DNA of 64,000 nt from Lama glama (GCA_028534125.1 CM052817.1:92320001-92384000); one strand, 5' to 3'; counted from the stretch's first letter, positions 13,016 to 26,915 are shown. The notes: generated from the sequence alone by a model not told the origin. Made by a program: numbers and translations.

Positions 13016-14801
13016 CTAGGAAAAAAATTATGAAAATGTCCATTTCCATACAGTAGGCAACTAATAGTAATAAATAATATATTTCTTACTGTCTAATATA
13101 TATGTTCAAATAATCACATGCTTTATCTTTATGTTCCTTTGCTTAATAACTGATCAAAAATGTGTATATACATTGATATGTTTCAATTTGTTCATCTTTG
13201 GGTTTTATTACATTTTTAGAGGAACTCTGCTTGTCAAATATGCATCTGACAAGGAATAATGCTAACAACTCAATTCATGATTTTATGATTTAGAACTTAA
13301 TCTAATCTCACAGTTAATTAAAGGTTACATGATATTTTCATTGTGGGATATTAAGCGTTAACTATACATCACAATGTTTCTGTAAGTAATGAATTGCTGA
13401 GCTGGTTTTACAGGGACTTTTTCAGAATTTTTGGCATGTAGTGCTTTGAGAAAAATTACGAGAGAAGAAAAGGGAACATCAAATTTATGGTTTGGGGTTT
13501 TCCTTTCCTTTAATTCTTATCTTTCTTGAATAATCATTTTGACATAAATTAAAAACTTGTGTAATAAAATTAAATAATGAAGGTATTATACAAGATAGTT
13601 ATAATTATATATTATATAAAAATGGATTTATTTTAGGTCACTAACAAGCATGTAAGACTAAAAGACTGAAAAACATAAGACTAAAAGATGGAATTAAGAC
13701 ATTTTTAAAGATACAAAAAATATTTTATAAAGCAAAATATAACTAGAGTATACATTCAATGAATGATTCCAAGTATTATTATTAAGACAGTGACAGCAGA
13801 AAACAATGACTGTTTAAAACTCCGTTCTGCAAAAAATTATCTTCACCCAACTCCCTCTAAATAAAGATATTCATTCTAGGTAATGATCCACAAAACACAT
13901 TTAAATATCTCACAAGGCACTTAGAACCAGTAACCAGGTATAATGTACTGCATAAACTTTAGAAAACAACTGAACAACAATAATAACATAAGTTTATTTG
14001 GAGGATTTCTTCAAACAGACAAAATAGAAAATTTATTTCATCACATGCATCAAGCCAGGGTATCTTTACCCTACCTAACTCTAAGCTTTGAGAGTGGTGA
14101 GGACGGTGACTTCTGAGAGTAAGATTATAAAGTACTTACAGGGCTAGAGAGGTAGAGAAAATGGGCTTTTGTGGGTATATTCTGGGTAAAAAAAAGGAAG
14201 CTCTGGTTCTGAATTATATCCTGAATAGTTTCTGATTCCATAATATCCGACTTAAAAAAGAGGCACTGCAGAAAGTCCTACTATACCTCAGAATGCACAA
14301 AGGGGCGGACATACCAAGTTAATGGGAAAACTAGTTGACTAAAAACACCATTATCAGGTAGATAGTACTCAACTACCCAATGAATGAAATCTTTTGAAAG
14401 TAAGTTATGGAGACAGTGAGAATGTTTTCACAATGGTTATAAATAAAATTGTCTTGTAATAAACGGAATTACCTTAAAAATTCAGATGGTCTGCTTATTC
14501 AACACAACACTTTAATGATAATCATAATTTTTTTACAGACACAGATCTCTTTATATTTTGTAATCTATAGTGTAAACTTACTTTACACTGTTTCATCAGG
14601 CATTAAGATGATATAACATAGTATTTTCATGCTTTCCTTATTGATACATTTTAAAACAATATGGGCACTCTTAAGAAAGCTGCGAGAAATACAGCAAAAA
14701 ATTCGTCACAAACCAGACTGCTGCTTTTATTGAAATAATTTTTTACGGATTAACAATCATACATAGAAAACTAGTTTATTTTCTGTTAAAGAGTGGCTTA
14801 C

Positions 14802-14902
14802 CTCATCCTCTGATCCAGACTTATTTGATTTATTACCCTCTTCTTGTCCTTCTATGATTTCAATTTCTTCTTCACTCTTTTCCTCAGGTTCACCTTCCTC
14901 TT
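14802..14902 (-). CDS. CLGN: CLGN exon 14 (acidic cytosolic tail [13 protein letters not shown]...SGSEDE)
   Basis: ttctag| ... GAG|gtaagc; 101 nt, phase 1-0. Confidence 0.95.
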
Positions 14903-15937
14903 CTAGAATACAGATTTTTATTAAAGGCAAAGACTTGATGAATTAGCATTTTGCTACTGAAAAGTATTACATAAAAGTCAGGGGATGCATTTAAATTCCA
15001 ATATTTAAAAGCAATTTCCATTAGAAATGTTTTTAAATGAAATACAAATACTCACTATTTAACCACATTTTATAAACAAATCATCATATCTGAGGAAAGG
15101 GACAGATTTAGAAATTTTTAAGGCATTCAATCTGTATGCAGAATGAAAACCAAAGAATATATATACATATGAGTATGTGTATATGTATATACATATATAT
15201 GTAAATATGTATGTGTGTGTTGTGAATCAGTATTTTTTCTAAGTCAATTGTTTCATCAACTATTGAGTTAAAAATAGTGCTCAAGATATAATGTTAGTTT
15301 TAAAGGGCTGAATCTGGAACTTGGCTTGTGATATCTAGCAAATATCAATAGTCTTATTGCTACCTAGATGTGTATAAGGACGTCTCAATGGAGTCACCAA
15401 AAAGCCTCAGTTCTTCAGTTTTAACATCTTCTGGAATTTAATAGAAGATGGGAAGCCGACATGATTCAGCAATCCTTTCAAAAGACAGTACTATTTGTTC
15501 AATATGATAAATTATCTGATAAACAATAGCAGCTGGAAGACTTGGTGTGGACTCTATTGCAATCGCCTGCCTTAAACTGATTACTCCTCTACAGAAGCCA
15601 TAGTCTAGTCTGCACCTCCCACCTCAACTACATTCTTGGAGGCAAGAAAAATCTTTGCAAAAAGCTATGTCATATGAGATTCATAGTTGCTAGGCTCTGA
15701 AGCAACTGAATAATTTTTACAATTCTTTCTCCTTAGAAGACAAAAATCATGTATAAGATACCTGCTCAGGACCAATCCAGGCAAGGATCCTCTTTGCCAT
15801 AGTCATGCATTCTTGGGGATTCCCATGGTATAAATATGACAATAAACAAGTGTGATGACTAGGGTTTACCAGACAATCTACTGTTTTTAATGAGCTTTGC
15901 CCAGGGTAGCCATTATAAATCACCATCATCATCTTAC

Positions 15938-16097
15938 CTTTTTCAAGAATTTCACCATCACTTTCCTTTTTTTCCTCTTCCAAGTCTACTGGTTTCTCCA
16001 GGGCTGCTTTCTCTTCCTTCACTTCTTGCTCTAGTGCTCCCTTTGTTTGTTGTTTACATATGTCAGTTTTTTTGAACTCCACATCTTCATATCTTTT
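15938..16097 (-). CDS. CLGN: CLGN exon 13 ([14 protein letters not shown]...EILEK)
   Basis: catag| ... G|gtaaga; 160 nt. Confidence 0.95.
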
Positions 16098-16304
16098 CTA
16101 TGGCAATTTAACACAAGCTATTCTTACTAAAAGCAAAGCACTACTAAAAAACTCTTTGCAATAACTGATACCATATACAGTGAACTATCAGTAAAAACTT
16201 ACAGGCAATTTATTACTTTTAAGAACTACCTGCTCTATTCACAGAACTCCTAAACACTAAGAGATTTTTTTTTTTTAATGTTGAAGGAAATTAATTTTCT
16301 TTAC

Positions 16305-16430
16305 CTTTACTTTTCTTGGCCAACAAAATAAAGTAATTAATGCCACTGGAAGCCCTGCTGTCACAAGATAAATGAGCCAAAGCCATGGGCGATCTTCAGT
16401 AGCTGCCATCAACTGTTTAAATACAGTAGG
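16305..16430 (-). CDS. CLGN: CLGN exon 12 with transmembrane helix ([23 protein letters not shown])
   Basis: ctctag| ... AAG|gtaaag; 126 nt. Confidence 0.96.
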
Positions 16431-17519
16431 CTAGAGAAGAAACAAGCACAAAAATGCAATTCAGATTTTATAAACCTTCAATCAGAAATACAACTTACAA
16501 AAACAAGAATTTCACCTAGATGTTTTATATTAAGCAGTCATGAATTTGTAAGCTAAAATATTTTCCTGTCTTGTACTTCATAAATTTTAAACAATCTTTA
16601 ATTATTCGCATGCATCACTGCTTGACACTTTATAGTAGGAGGTATGTTATACTACACAGGTGGATATTGCTAACCTACCAGCAAGAATTAGGACAATTCT
16701 CTTTTTTGGTAAGGTTCACGACAGAACTACTCTTTATGTATATATTACCTGGTTCATTTAGAACTATACAACTCTCTGGTAACTCATTCTGCACTTTAAA
16801 GGACTTACTTTAAAAAAATCAACCTGAGAATTATTGCGTTTTCATTTTCTTGTTAACAAATTTTGTACACAACCTTCAGGAAGGAAACTGTTTCTCTTAT
16901 TAAAATAAAATCTAAAATCATTAAATCTTTTAGTTAAATTAGAATTCCCTTACCTTTACTTACTCTTTTGATGGTTTTTGCTAATATCCAAAGAAACCAA
17001 ATATAAGGTATGAATTTTTCTTTATAGTAATGAGTTTTAAAGTTATATTCTCCAAGGTGAATTGTGTTGAAATATTTAGCTTAATCTTTTCTAAGTAGTG
17101 TTAAAATTTGAAACTAGAGCATAATTAAATAATATGAAATTTAAAAAGTTTCTGCACTCCTCTAAGTGAAAAGTAGTTAAAATGAATAAAGAATATTTAG
17201 GTTACTGTTCTCACTTAGGCCTTGAATTGACAAGGTGACAAAGATATTAAGGAGTCTCACTTCTATAAACACCAAAAGGCATTAAATCCCATTATGCTAT
17301 CATATTTTAATAAATGAAATGAAGACTTACATTCATTACCTAGTTTATAATGAAGTTATATCATAATTTGGTAAAGCTAAATATTCTGTCTCCATAAATT
17401 TACTTAAATATGTTTCTTTAGCATTTAGTAATTATTGCACATTTATTTACCTTTAAGGCCATTTGTATAACCTATAACCAGGACCAAGTCCTATTATTAT
17501 TATACGGTGAATACTATAC

Positions 17520-17735
17520 CTCATTAGCATTTTCTACCATTATTTTCACTCCCCAACCATCTGCAGCCCAGCGATCTGCTACTTCCTTTTCTGAACAGAT
17601 AATAAAATTATCAAAGTAGATATCAGAGGTCATAGACCAAAGCTCTAAACCAAGAGCACAGAAAGAAGTCAGTAGAAATGGATGATCATCTTCAAAATAA
17701 TCTGGATTAGGAATTTTTCGAGGACTCCAGACACC
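17520..17735 (-). CDS. CLGN: CLGN exon 11 ([17 protein letters not shown]...[16 protein letters not shown]...NANE)
   Basis: ttccag| ... GAG|gtatag; 216 nt; calnexin-family signature. Confidence 0.97.
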
Positions 17736-18264
17736 CTGGAAGAAAAAATAATTTAAAGATATTTTCAAATAAAATAATTTCATTATAAATGTTCCTCAAG
17801 AAGAGCTGCTGTTGAATGAAATTAGCAACACTAACTGGGAAAAAAGAAAACTTTAACTCATAATTAATTCATTACGAATTCACTGGAAGTAAAATCTTGT
17901 TTCTTCCTATCCTGTACATGATGTTCCCTATGAATAATACTGACTTTAAACTCTGGAGGGAAAAAAAGAGGTAGAGTGAAAATCCAACACACACAGAAGC
18001 TTCAGAAATTTCACAAGTGACACAATTTCAGATAATTTTTTTTCACATTTAGTAAAGATACTGAAGGCAAGATGTCATTGAAGCTGTTCAAACCAGAGAG
18101 ATCACTATATGGAAAAATGGAACTGTGCCTTTTAACATATATCCATGATAGGCAACAATAGTCAATCATAGTTGAATCTTAAAACAATTATTTAACACAG
18201 AAGTTCCATTAGATCTTGCATGATTAAATTTAACCAAATCAAATAAACTGGACAATAGGATCAC

Positions 18265-18440
18265 TCACTGATTCATTCTGCCATCATATATATCTATTCT
18301 GTGCTAAGCACTATGCCAGATGCTAGAATACAGTGATAATCAAGGCAAACATGGTCCCTGCATTATGGTGTTTAAAGTCTAAAGAGAGAGACAGATGTTA
18401 AACAAAAAAGTTACTAAAATAAGCATTTTGTGTAAATGCT
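18265..18440. mobile_element. L2 fragment
   Basis: TCATTC...CTATTCTGTGCTAAGCACTATGCCAGATGCTAGAATACAGTG...GTCCCTGC. Confidence 0.55.
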
Positions 18441-19039
18441 ATGAAGAACTACAATGAGCCATTAGAATATACAACTGTACATACAAAATAAATGTTAGAA
18501 AATGTCAATGAATAATTAGATAAATCTACAGGGTTAAATGGATAATGCAAGGATTTCTACCCCCAAAACTAGGTACACTGAAAAAATATATCATTTATAT
18601 TAGGAAAAAAAACAACTTTAATAACACCAGGAAGTAAGGAGCACATTAATTAAGCAAAGACTTTAATTACTAAAATGTATAACATGAGTTCTCTTGATCA
18701 GAATTCATTTCTTATATTTAATTCTAAAATAAAATTGATTCCAAAGTGATGATCAGTTGATTACTAGGGAAAAATATAGTATAAAGTGACTGATCTTTAG
18801 TTCTTCATTTTATTCCACCAGAAAATTAAATAAAGAATGCTTTACTTTTTTTTTTTACTTTTACTTTTTAAATATAAATTAATTGAAGTCTCTTTTCTTT
18901 GATTTCTTAAGATAGCTAAGGCACACTATTACAAATCAAATTCCTAAAAGTTAATGTAACATTACCAATAACTAGATATGTAATACAAATAGCACAACAT
19001 TTTAAACTTTACTGTGGGATTGAAACAAGTGGTTACTAC

Positions 19040-19190
19040 CTGATAGTTTGGGTTATCTATCATTGGAGGTCTCCATACTCCTTTGTATTTTGGGTTATCT
19101 ATCATGGGAGGGTGCCACTCACCACACCCAATCTGACAGGCTGGATTAGAAATACGAGGTGCTTCCCATTCTCCATCCATGTCTTCATTC
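19040..19190 (-). CDS. CLGN: CLGN exon 10, P-domain ([11 protein letters not shown]...GCGEW...PNYQ)
   Basis: cctaag| ... CAG|gtagta; 151 nt, phase 2-0. Confidence 0.95.
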
Positions 19191-19312
19191 CTTAGGATAT
19201 TAGAACAAAGCAAATATAGTAACCTCAAGTCTCTCTTGTCAGTCATGTAAACTAGGAACAAAAAAGAAAGTAAGAAACATGAAATTGACATTTGAATATG
19301 AAGAATGCTTAC

Positions 19313-19426
19313 CAATCCTCAGGTTTTTCAGCATTAGGATCTGGAATAAATTTTGGTTCATCATCAAGCCAGCCATCAGGTTTAACAACACTTGAATCTT
19401 CTATTTGGGCAGGTTCACTTTCATCC
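19313..19426 (-). CDS. CLGN: CLGN exon 9, P-domain ([10 protein letters not shown]...KPEDW)
   Basis: ttacag| ... TG|gtaagc; 114 nt. Confidence 0.96.
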
Positions 19427-22400
19427 CTGTAAATACAATATTCCATGCTAATTATTAATTATTTAAACAGTTTAAAAATGCACATTACAAAATTCAGAAG
19501 GTACCAAAACGTATTTCTGATCCCTGTCTTTGTGCCTACTACCTCCCCCATCTCTCATCTACCTAAATCTTCTGCTATACACTTTTTTCTATAAATTTCC
19601 TGTTATGCTGTATTCATACAAGCACTTATGTGTATATATATTTTTTTTACAAAAATGATTTATACAATTTACATAAATGATAGCATTCTATACAGAGTAT
19701 GTTAGACCTTGCTTTCGTTTATTTAAAAACTCAGTCATCAACAAACATACATGGGATGCCTACTACATGTCAACATTGATCTAGACACACTATTTTATAA
19801 AAATATAAATCTACTTCATTCTTCTTAACAGTTGCATAGTTTTCTACTTTGTGAATATACCATAATTTATTTAATGTATCTATTCTTGAGGACATTTAGT
19901 GTTTAAAATCTTACTATTACAAATAATGCTATAATTAATATCCTGGAATATATTAGAAATCAATAAGAAATTAGTGGTCAGCTACATGAATTGAAATTTT
20001 TTTTCGAGTTTTTCATGTAGTTTTTATGTAGTTTATGGTGGGGTTTTTTGCTATATAAAAATAACATATTTTCATGTATTTGGAATGTATTAATATTTTT
20101 CTTTGTGGTTCTTCAATTTTGTCATATTTGGAAAGGTCTTCCCTACTCCAAAGTTACTTTTTTAAAACTCTCCATATTTAATTCTAGTAATTTTTCATAT
20201 TTTCATTTAAAAATAATACTTAGTAAATTCTGAAGTATATAAACATAGTCATAGTAAGTACAGAATGGAATTACTAATATAATTTTCATCTTTACAGAAA
20301 AGCAGAAATTTTAAACAAGAATTTACATTATGATGTTCCAAATGAAAGTTGAATACCAAACTGAAATAATCAACTCTATTTGTAAAGACTGAGTAACAAA
20401 CTGAAATAATCAACTCTTTATATGTAAAGACTTGTATTTGCCTGATATCAATGTTATCTTAAAGTTTCTGAGGGCTCAAAGTAAGTAGAGTTTAAAATTT
20501 AAAGGCATATTTCTTTTAGCACTTCAGAAAACAAATTCTGACACATATCACCAACCAGATTGAGGTTGTTATGCAGTTTCTCTCATTCAAGGACAAGCTT
20601 ATTTCCCAGCCTTACCCTTTATGGGCAAACAAATATGAAGCATTGTTAGAAAGCCCATATGGAGGGACTGCATCCTACCTTTTCTGATAGTATGAATTCA
20701 TGGAAATGCTGCATTAATAAGTGGTTTATTAATTTTTAAAAAAGTATTATTATTCCTCGCACAAGTTACTTTCCTATTATATTATTTTCCTGAAGGCAAA
20801 GACATTTTCATTGCTAATCATTACCCCCCTTCATCTACAAGAGTTAACAAGTTAACACTTTTGGTTATCCAGGAGCAACAGTCTATGTTCTGAATAGGTG
20901 GTAATCCCAATGTTTACAAACAAGAAAAATTTGAAAAAATACAAGTAGACACTTCCCAAAATAAGCACAGAGAAAAACTGGTTTAAAAAGATAAATACAA
21001 CCTCAATGACTGGCAGCATAAATGTAAAGTAGCCTAACATACGTTTAAAGTGCATCCAAAAAAGGGATGGGGAGGCATATATAAATATTTAATGAAATAA
21101 TGGTCAAATATTACCCATCGATACAAACTATAAAACCATATTCCAAAAAACTAAAAGAACCCAAAGCAAGACAAACACACACACACACACACACACACAT
21201 AAAATGACACCAAGGCACAATAAAATCAAACTGCTGAAACTAGTTATAATAAAAATAAATCTTAAAACCAAAGAGATAAAATGACATATCAGGTAAAGGA
21301 GAATATGGATGAGAATAACAAATGACTTCTCATCGGAATCAGTGTGAGCCTCGTGACAAGGACTGGCTATTGCAAAATAACTATCAATCTATTTCCCATG
21401 GTGAAAAATCTTTCAGAAATGAAGGCAAAATAAAGAAATTTTCAGAAAAATAAGTTGAGAGAATGCAATGATAGCAGACATGCACTACAATATGTTAAGA
21501 CAAGTTTATCAGGCAGAAAGAAAATAACAGATGGGAATTTCTACCTACACAAAAGGAGAGTACCAGAAATGATACATATGTGGGTAAATAAAAGGACTTT
21601 TCCCCTCATAACTTTCGGATTAAAAGATACTGAAGAATAAATATGTGTGGTCTTCATATATATTTACTGTGCATGATAACAGCACAAAGGATGGAAGGGA
21701 GAAAACATAAGACTCATACTATTAACATAGACATAAAGTGGCATAATGATTTGAGAGTAGATTGAAATAAGTTTAAGATGCATATTGTAAACTCAAGAGC
21801 AACCACTAAAATAACAAACCACAGAAGAAAAGCCAATAAACCAATAGAGAAGAAAAAATAGAAGACTCAAATAAAATAAAATAACTCAATATAAAAAAAG
21901 TTAGGAAAAAAATTTATAGAAGACCACAGAATATATAGAACAAACAAAAAACAAGTAATGAGATGGTAGGTTTACATCCAACCATATCAATAAATACATT
22001 AAATGCAGATGGTTTAAAACACTCCAATTAAAAAGCAAGACCCAAATGCAGTTGCCTACAAGAAAATCACTTGAAAAATAAAGGCATATATAGGTTACTG
22101 GTAAACAATGCAAAATACTGTTCAATGGAAACAAGATTTAAAAGAAAATGGGAGTGCTGATTTAATACGAGACCAAGTAGACTTCAAGACAGAGCAGTAT
22201 GAGAGTTAATAATAGAAGGATATTTTATAATAATAAAAAGGTCAGTCTTCAAGAGGTCATGAAATACTTTGAATTGATCCAGTAATAGATCTTCAAAACA
22301 CATGAAACAAAAACTAACAGAACTCAAAGGAGATAAAGACAAATCCACATAGTTGAGGATTTTAATTCTCTTCTCTCAGTAAGAGAATAGACTGAAAATC

Positions 22401-23370
22401 ATTAAGAATATAAAAGCTTTTCAACAATGCTATCAAGCAATCTGATGTAACTGACATTTGTAAATGTTTTCTGACCACAACAGAATTATATTGGGAGTCA
22501 AAATGAAAATCATATCTGGAAAATCCATAAATAACTGACAACAAAGCAATATATTTAAAAATACATGAATCAAAGAGGAAATCACTAAGGAAATTGGAAA
22601 ACAGTATGAACTGAATGTTCTCGTAAATAACATATTTATATAGTATAGTTAAAGCAAAGCTTAGAGAAGATTTACAGCTGCTTCAATCAGAAATGATTTA
22701 CCACATTAATAAGGCAGAAAACAGAAGTAAATTAAGTCCACAGTAAGAAGAAGAAGGAAATAACGAAACACAAAAAGGCCAATAGAGGGGGTTCTCCAAA
22801 AAGATCAATAAAATTGATAAACCTTTAGCTAGGCAATTCAAGAAAAAACACTACCATATCAGAAATGAAAGACATCAATACAGACCATTACAGATGTTAA
22901 ATAGATAACAAGAGATGTTGGAACAATTAGACATTCATATTTTTAAAAATTAATCTTGATTTATACCTCACACTACATATAACAACTCAGAACAGAGCTT
23001 TAGTCAAAATTATTTCTCTAGAAAACAAAAAAAATCTTTGTCACATTTAGGAAGACTTCTTAGTAAGATGCATAAAAGCATAAATCATCAAAGACAAACA
23101 CTGACAAACTAGACTTCATAAAAATTTAAAACTTCCTCTATTAAGAAAATTAAGACAAGTAACAGAGCGAGAAGAAGTACCTGCATACTGCATATCTGTA
23201 CTTACTATTGCTGCATAACAAATCACTCCAAAACTTAGGGGCTTAAAAAGTAACATTTACTATCGCAGTTTCTGTATTGCAAAATCTGGTTACTGCTCTG
23301 GGTCCTCTGCTCAGGGACTCTGGCAGGTTGCAATCAAGGCACTGGCCAGTACTGTAGTCATCTCGGACTG

Positions 23371-24409
23371 AGGTAAGCAGCTTCTGAAATGGTTTCCAAT
23401 GATCCTGCCTCCTGGTACCCATGCCCACGTGTAATCCCCTCTCCTTTAGAGCATGACCTAATAAATTGCTATTTAATGAACAGAAATTAGTAATGGGATG
23501 TTACGTTCAAGACTAAGTTATAAAAGATTATATATTAGTTTCCCTTGGCTGCTGTGACAAAATACCACAATATGGGTGATCTAAAATGACAGAATTTTAT
23601 TATCTCACAATTCTGGAGACTAGAAATCAGAAATCAAAGTTTTTGGCAAGGACAGACTCTCTCTGAAAGTTTTAGGGCAGGATCTTTCCTTGCTGCTTCT
23701 TTACTTCTGGTGGCTGCTGACAACCTTTGGCATTCCCTAGCTTGTAGATGCAGCACTGCAATTTCTGCCTCAGCTGCCACATGGTGTTCTCCCTATATGT
23801 TTGTGTCCAAATTTCCCTCTTCTTAAAAGGACACTAGTTATCTTGGATTTAGGGCCTACCCTAATGCAGTCTTACGTCATCTTAACTTGATTACATCTGC
23901 AAAAATCCTAATTCCCAATAAAGTCACAATTACAGGTTACGGGTAGGCATGGATTTTGGAAGGACAGTGTTGATCCAGTATAGATTGTGACTTCTATTTT
24001 CTTCGCACTCTCTTCTCCCTCCCTTCCCCTCCCCTTTGCTTCTTTTGAAGACAGCTACCATATTGTGAGCTACTCCATGGAGAGGGCTAGATTGCAAGGA
24101 ACCAAGGGATGACTCTGGCCAACATCTAGCAAAGAATTGAGGCCCTCAGTCCAACAACAATTCAGTTTCTTGTAAGAATGAATCCTACCAGCACCCACTT
24201 GAGTGAGGTTGAAAATGGATCCGTTCCCACTTGAGCCCTTTGATGACTACAGTCCCAGCTGACATCTTAATTGAAGCCTAAGAGACCCAGAGCCAGAAGA
24301 CTCAGCCAAGCTGCACTCAGAATGCTGAATCACGGAAACTTTGAGATAATGTGGTTTTAAGCCGCTAAATTTTGGGGTAATTTGTTACACAAATTTGATA
24401 ACTAATACA
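23371..24409 (+). mobile_element. MLT1E/F-like MaLR LTR split by an MLT1C insertion
   Basis: GATCCTGCCTCCTGGTACCCATGCCC...TGTAATCCCCTC start; TTTTGGGGTAATTTGTTACAC...ATAACTAATACA end. Confidence 0.7.
23531..23982 (-). mobile_element. MLT1C-like MaLR LTR
   Basis: TATTAGTTTCCCTTGGCTGCTGTGACAAAATACCACA...; 5-bp TSD GATTA/GATTG (23526-23530, 23983-23987). Confidence 0.75.
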
Positions 24410-24638
24410 ATATCTGTATCTAGAATAACATTTATAACTCAATATAAAAAATAACCCAATTAAAACATGGGCCAAAAAAATTGAAAAGACATTTCTCCAA
24501 AGAAAGTGATATGAGTGGCAAGTAAAGGAAAATCAAGGAAATTAGTGATTAGTCATTAGGGAAATGCAAATGAAAACTACAACTAGATACCATTATAAAC
24601 CTTTTAGAATACCAAAGAAAAACAGAAACAGATAATAC

Positions 24639-24925
24639 CAAAAGGTCAAAAGGTACAAACTTCCGGTAATAAGGTAAGTAAGTTCAGGGGATATAACGCA
24701 CAGCATGGTGACTGCAGTTCACAATATTGTACCGCATATTTGAAAGTTGCTAAAAGGGTGGATCTCGCGAGTTCTTATCACAAGAAAAAACCTGTAACCA
24801 TGTGAAGTGATGGATGTTAACTAAATTTATGGTAGTGATCATTTTGCAATAAATACATATATCAAATCATTACATTACACAATAAACTAATACAATGTTC
24901 TATGTCAATTATAGACCAATTTAAA
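24639..24925 (+). mobile_element. L1MA8/9-like 3' end inserted into an older L1
   Basis: GGTCAAAAGGTACAAACTTCC...ACAGCATGGTGACT...GTTGCTAAAAGGGTGGATC; TSD AAACAGATAAT at 24626-24636 and 24926-24936. Confidence 0.75.
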
Positions 24926-25832
24926 AAACAGATAATGCTGTTACTGTATAACATCTGGAACTGTTATATAATGGTAGGAATGCAAAATCATTCAGCCCTT
25001 TGGTAAGGTTTGGCAGTTTCTTATAAATTTAAACATACACTTACTATACAATCGCACTCCTAGGCATTTACCTAAGAAAAAGGAAAAATTATGTCCCCAT
25101 AAGCCTTGTCCACAGATGTTTGTAACAGCTCTATTCATAATTGCCCCAAACTGGAAACAACTAAAACTTCCATCAACATGTGAATGGATAAACAAACTAT
25201 GATACATTCCTACAATGGAACACCACTCAGCAATAAAACAAAACTAATTGCTGACACAAGCAAAATAAAAATGGATGAATCTCAGAAAGCATTATTCTGA
25301 GTGAAAGAAACCAGAAACAAAAGCTATATACTGTAAGATTCCATTTTATACGATATTTTTGAAAAGGCAAAGCTATAAGGGACAGAAATCACATCAGTAG
25401 TTTCCAGATAAGGGTGGAAGGAGGGAATTGATGACAAAAGGGTATGAGAGACCTTTTTGGACTGATGGAAATATTCTATATCACGATTGTAGTAGTAGTT
25501 ACATCACTGTACATATCTGTCAAAACTGACAGAACTGTGTATCTAAAATAGATGGATTTAACTGTACGAAAATTATACTTCAATAAATCTGACAGAAAAA
25601 ACATGCAGTCAGAACCTAGCAAATATAAAAAGGACAATACTTGTTGACCAAGTGGATTGCAAGGTTAGTCCAACATTAGAAAATCAGTGTAGTCCATCCA
25701 CCACACCAAGGAAATAAAGGAGAAAACCCAATGGTTATCTCAAAATGCAAAAAAAGCTATTTACAAAATCCAACACCCAATCACACACAGACACACACAA
25801 AAAAACCCTCTTAGCTAACTAAGAACATAACA

Positions 25833-26431
25833 CCATGGGAGCCCATGGTTGGGTTAACAAATTGTAACAGACTCCAGCCACTTGTCACCTTTAAGAAGAA
25901 CAAATGTGCTTAGTAACTGCTTTGCTAGCAGGCACCTATGCCTCCACACTCCTGTCTCCTGGCCTTAAAAAGCAGAGATAATGCCTTGTTTGTATAGTTG
26001 AGGTTTTAGACAGCACTCTGCCTGTAAGAAAGCAAAGGCCCAGGCCCTCAGCTATAAATGCTGGGCGTGCTTGCTGTTTAAATCGTCTATTATCCCCAAG
26101 ACAAGGAACTGGCTGGTCTGGTGGACTGCTTTGTAATTCACATATCTAAAGGATGTATCTTGTTCCCCTCTCCCCATGACTTCCCTAAAGATAAATTAAG
26201 CCTTTGTACTCGTTGTGGATTCTACAATCTTTATCCCATCCTGTCTTTCCCTAAATTCCTGCATTCCATCACACAACTGTTAGTGATTTTTCCTTTGATT
26301 GTACACAATAAATGTGAGAGCATTTGAGAGGCTCATGGAGTTGGTCCCTGAGTCCCTCTAGCTCTCTTGACTTTCCAGAGTCTCCAGTAATTCATTCCAT
26401 CTTGGGACTTCTGCTGGTCAGAACCCACACA
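25833..26431 (+). mobile_element. Solo ERV LTR (family not assigned)
   Basis: About 600 bp ending in CA; AATAAA at ~26307; flanking TAACA duplication. Confidence 0.55.
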
Positions 26432-26469
26432 TAACATTTTTTACTCATACTTAGCACATATACTTTTGT

Positions 26470-26915
26470 TTAGTCCCCTCCCAACTGTACCAGGGTTGGT
26501 CTGTATGACAGAACACAGCTGAAGTGATGGCATGTCACTTCTAAATAGGTTATAAAAGGCCCTGCAATTTCTGTGGTTGTGCTCTCTCTCTCCCTCTTGG
26601 GTCAGTCCTTCTGGGGGAGCCATCTGCCTTGTCATGAGCAAACCTAAGAAGAGATGCAGGTGGCAGGGAATTGAAATTTCTTGACAACAGCCACAAAAGC
26701 CAGTGGGAAGTGGATCCTCCAGCCACCCAAGTCAAACCTTCCAAGGCACGCAGCTCTTACCAGCAGCGTGACTGTAACCTCAGGAGAGCCTGAGCTAGAA
26801 CAAGTGAGCTAGCCACTCCCAGATTCCTGCCTCTCAGGAACTGAGTGAGTTCTCATTTGTTGTCTTCAGCTGCTAAGTTTTTGGTAATTTGTTACACCAC
26901 ATTAGGTAACTAATA
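26470..26915 (+). mobile_element. MLT1E/F-like MaLR LTR
   Basis: GAAGTGATGGCATGTCACTTC...GGTTATAAAAG...GCTAAGTTTTTGGTAATTTGTTAC...TAACTAATA. Confidence 0.7.

Larger units (their letters stand above)
20900..25800 (+). mobile_element. Old, fragmented L1 (L1M-type) sequence interrupted by LTRs and a younger L1
   Basis: A-rich degenerate ORF1/ORF2-like sequence; 3' motifs GCAGTTTCTTATAAATTTAAACATACAC...GAATGGATAAACAAACT...AAATTATACTTCAATAAA. Confidence 0.8.
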
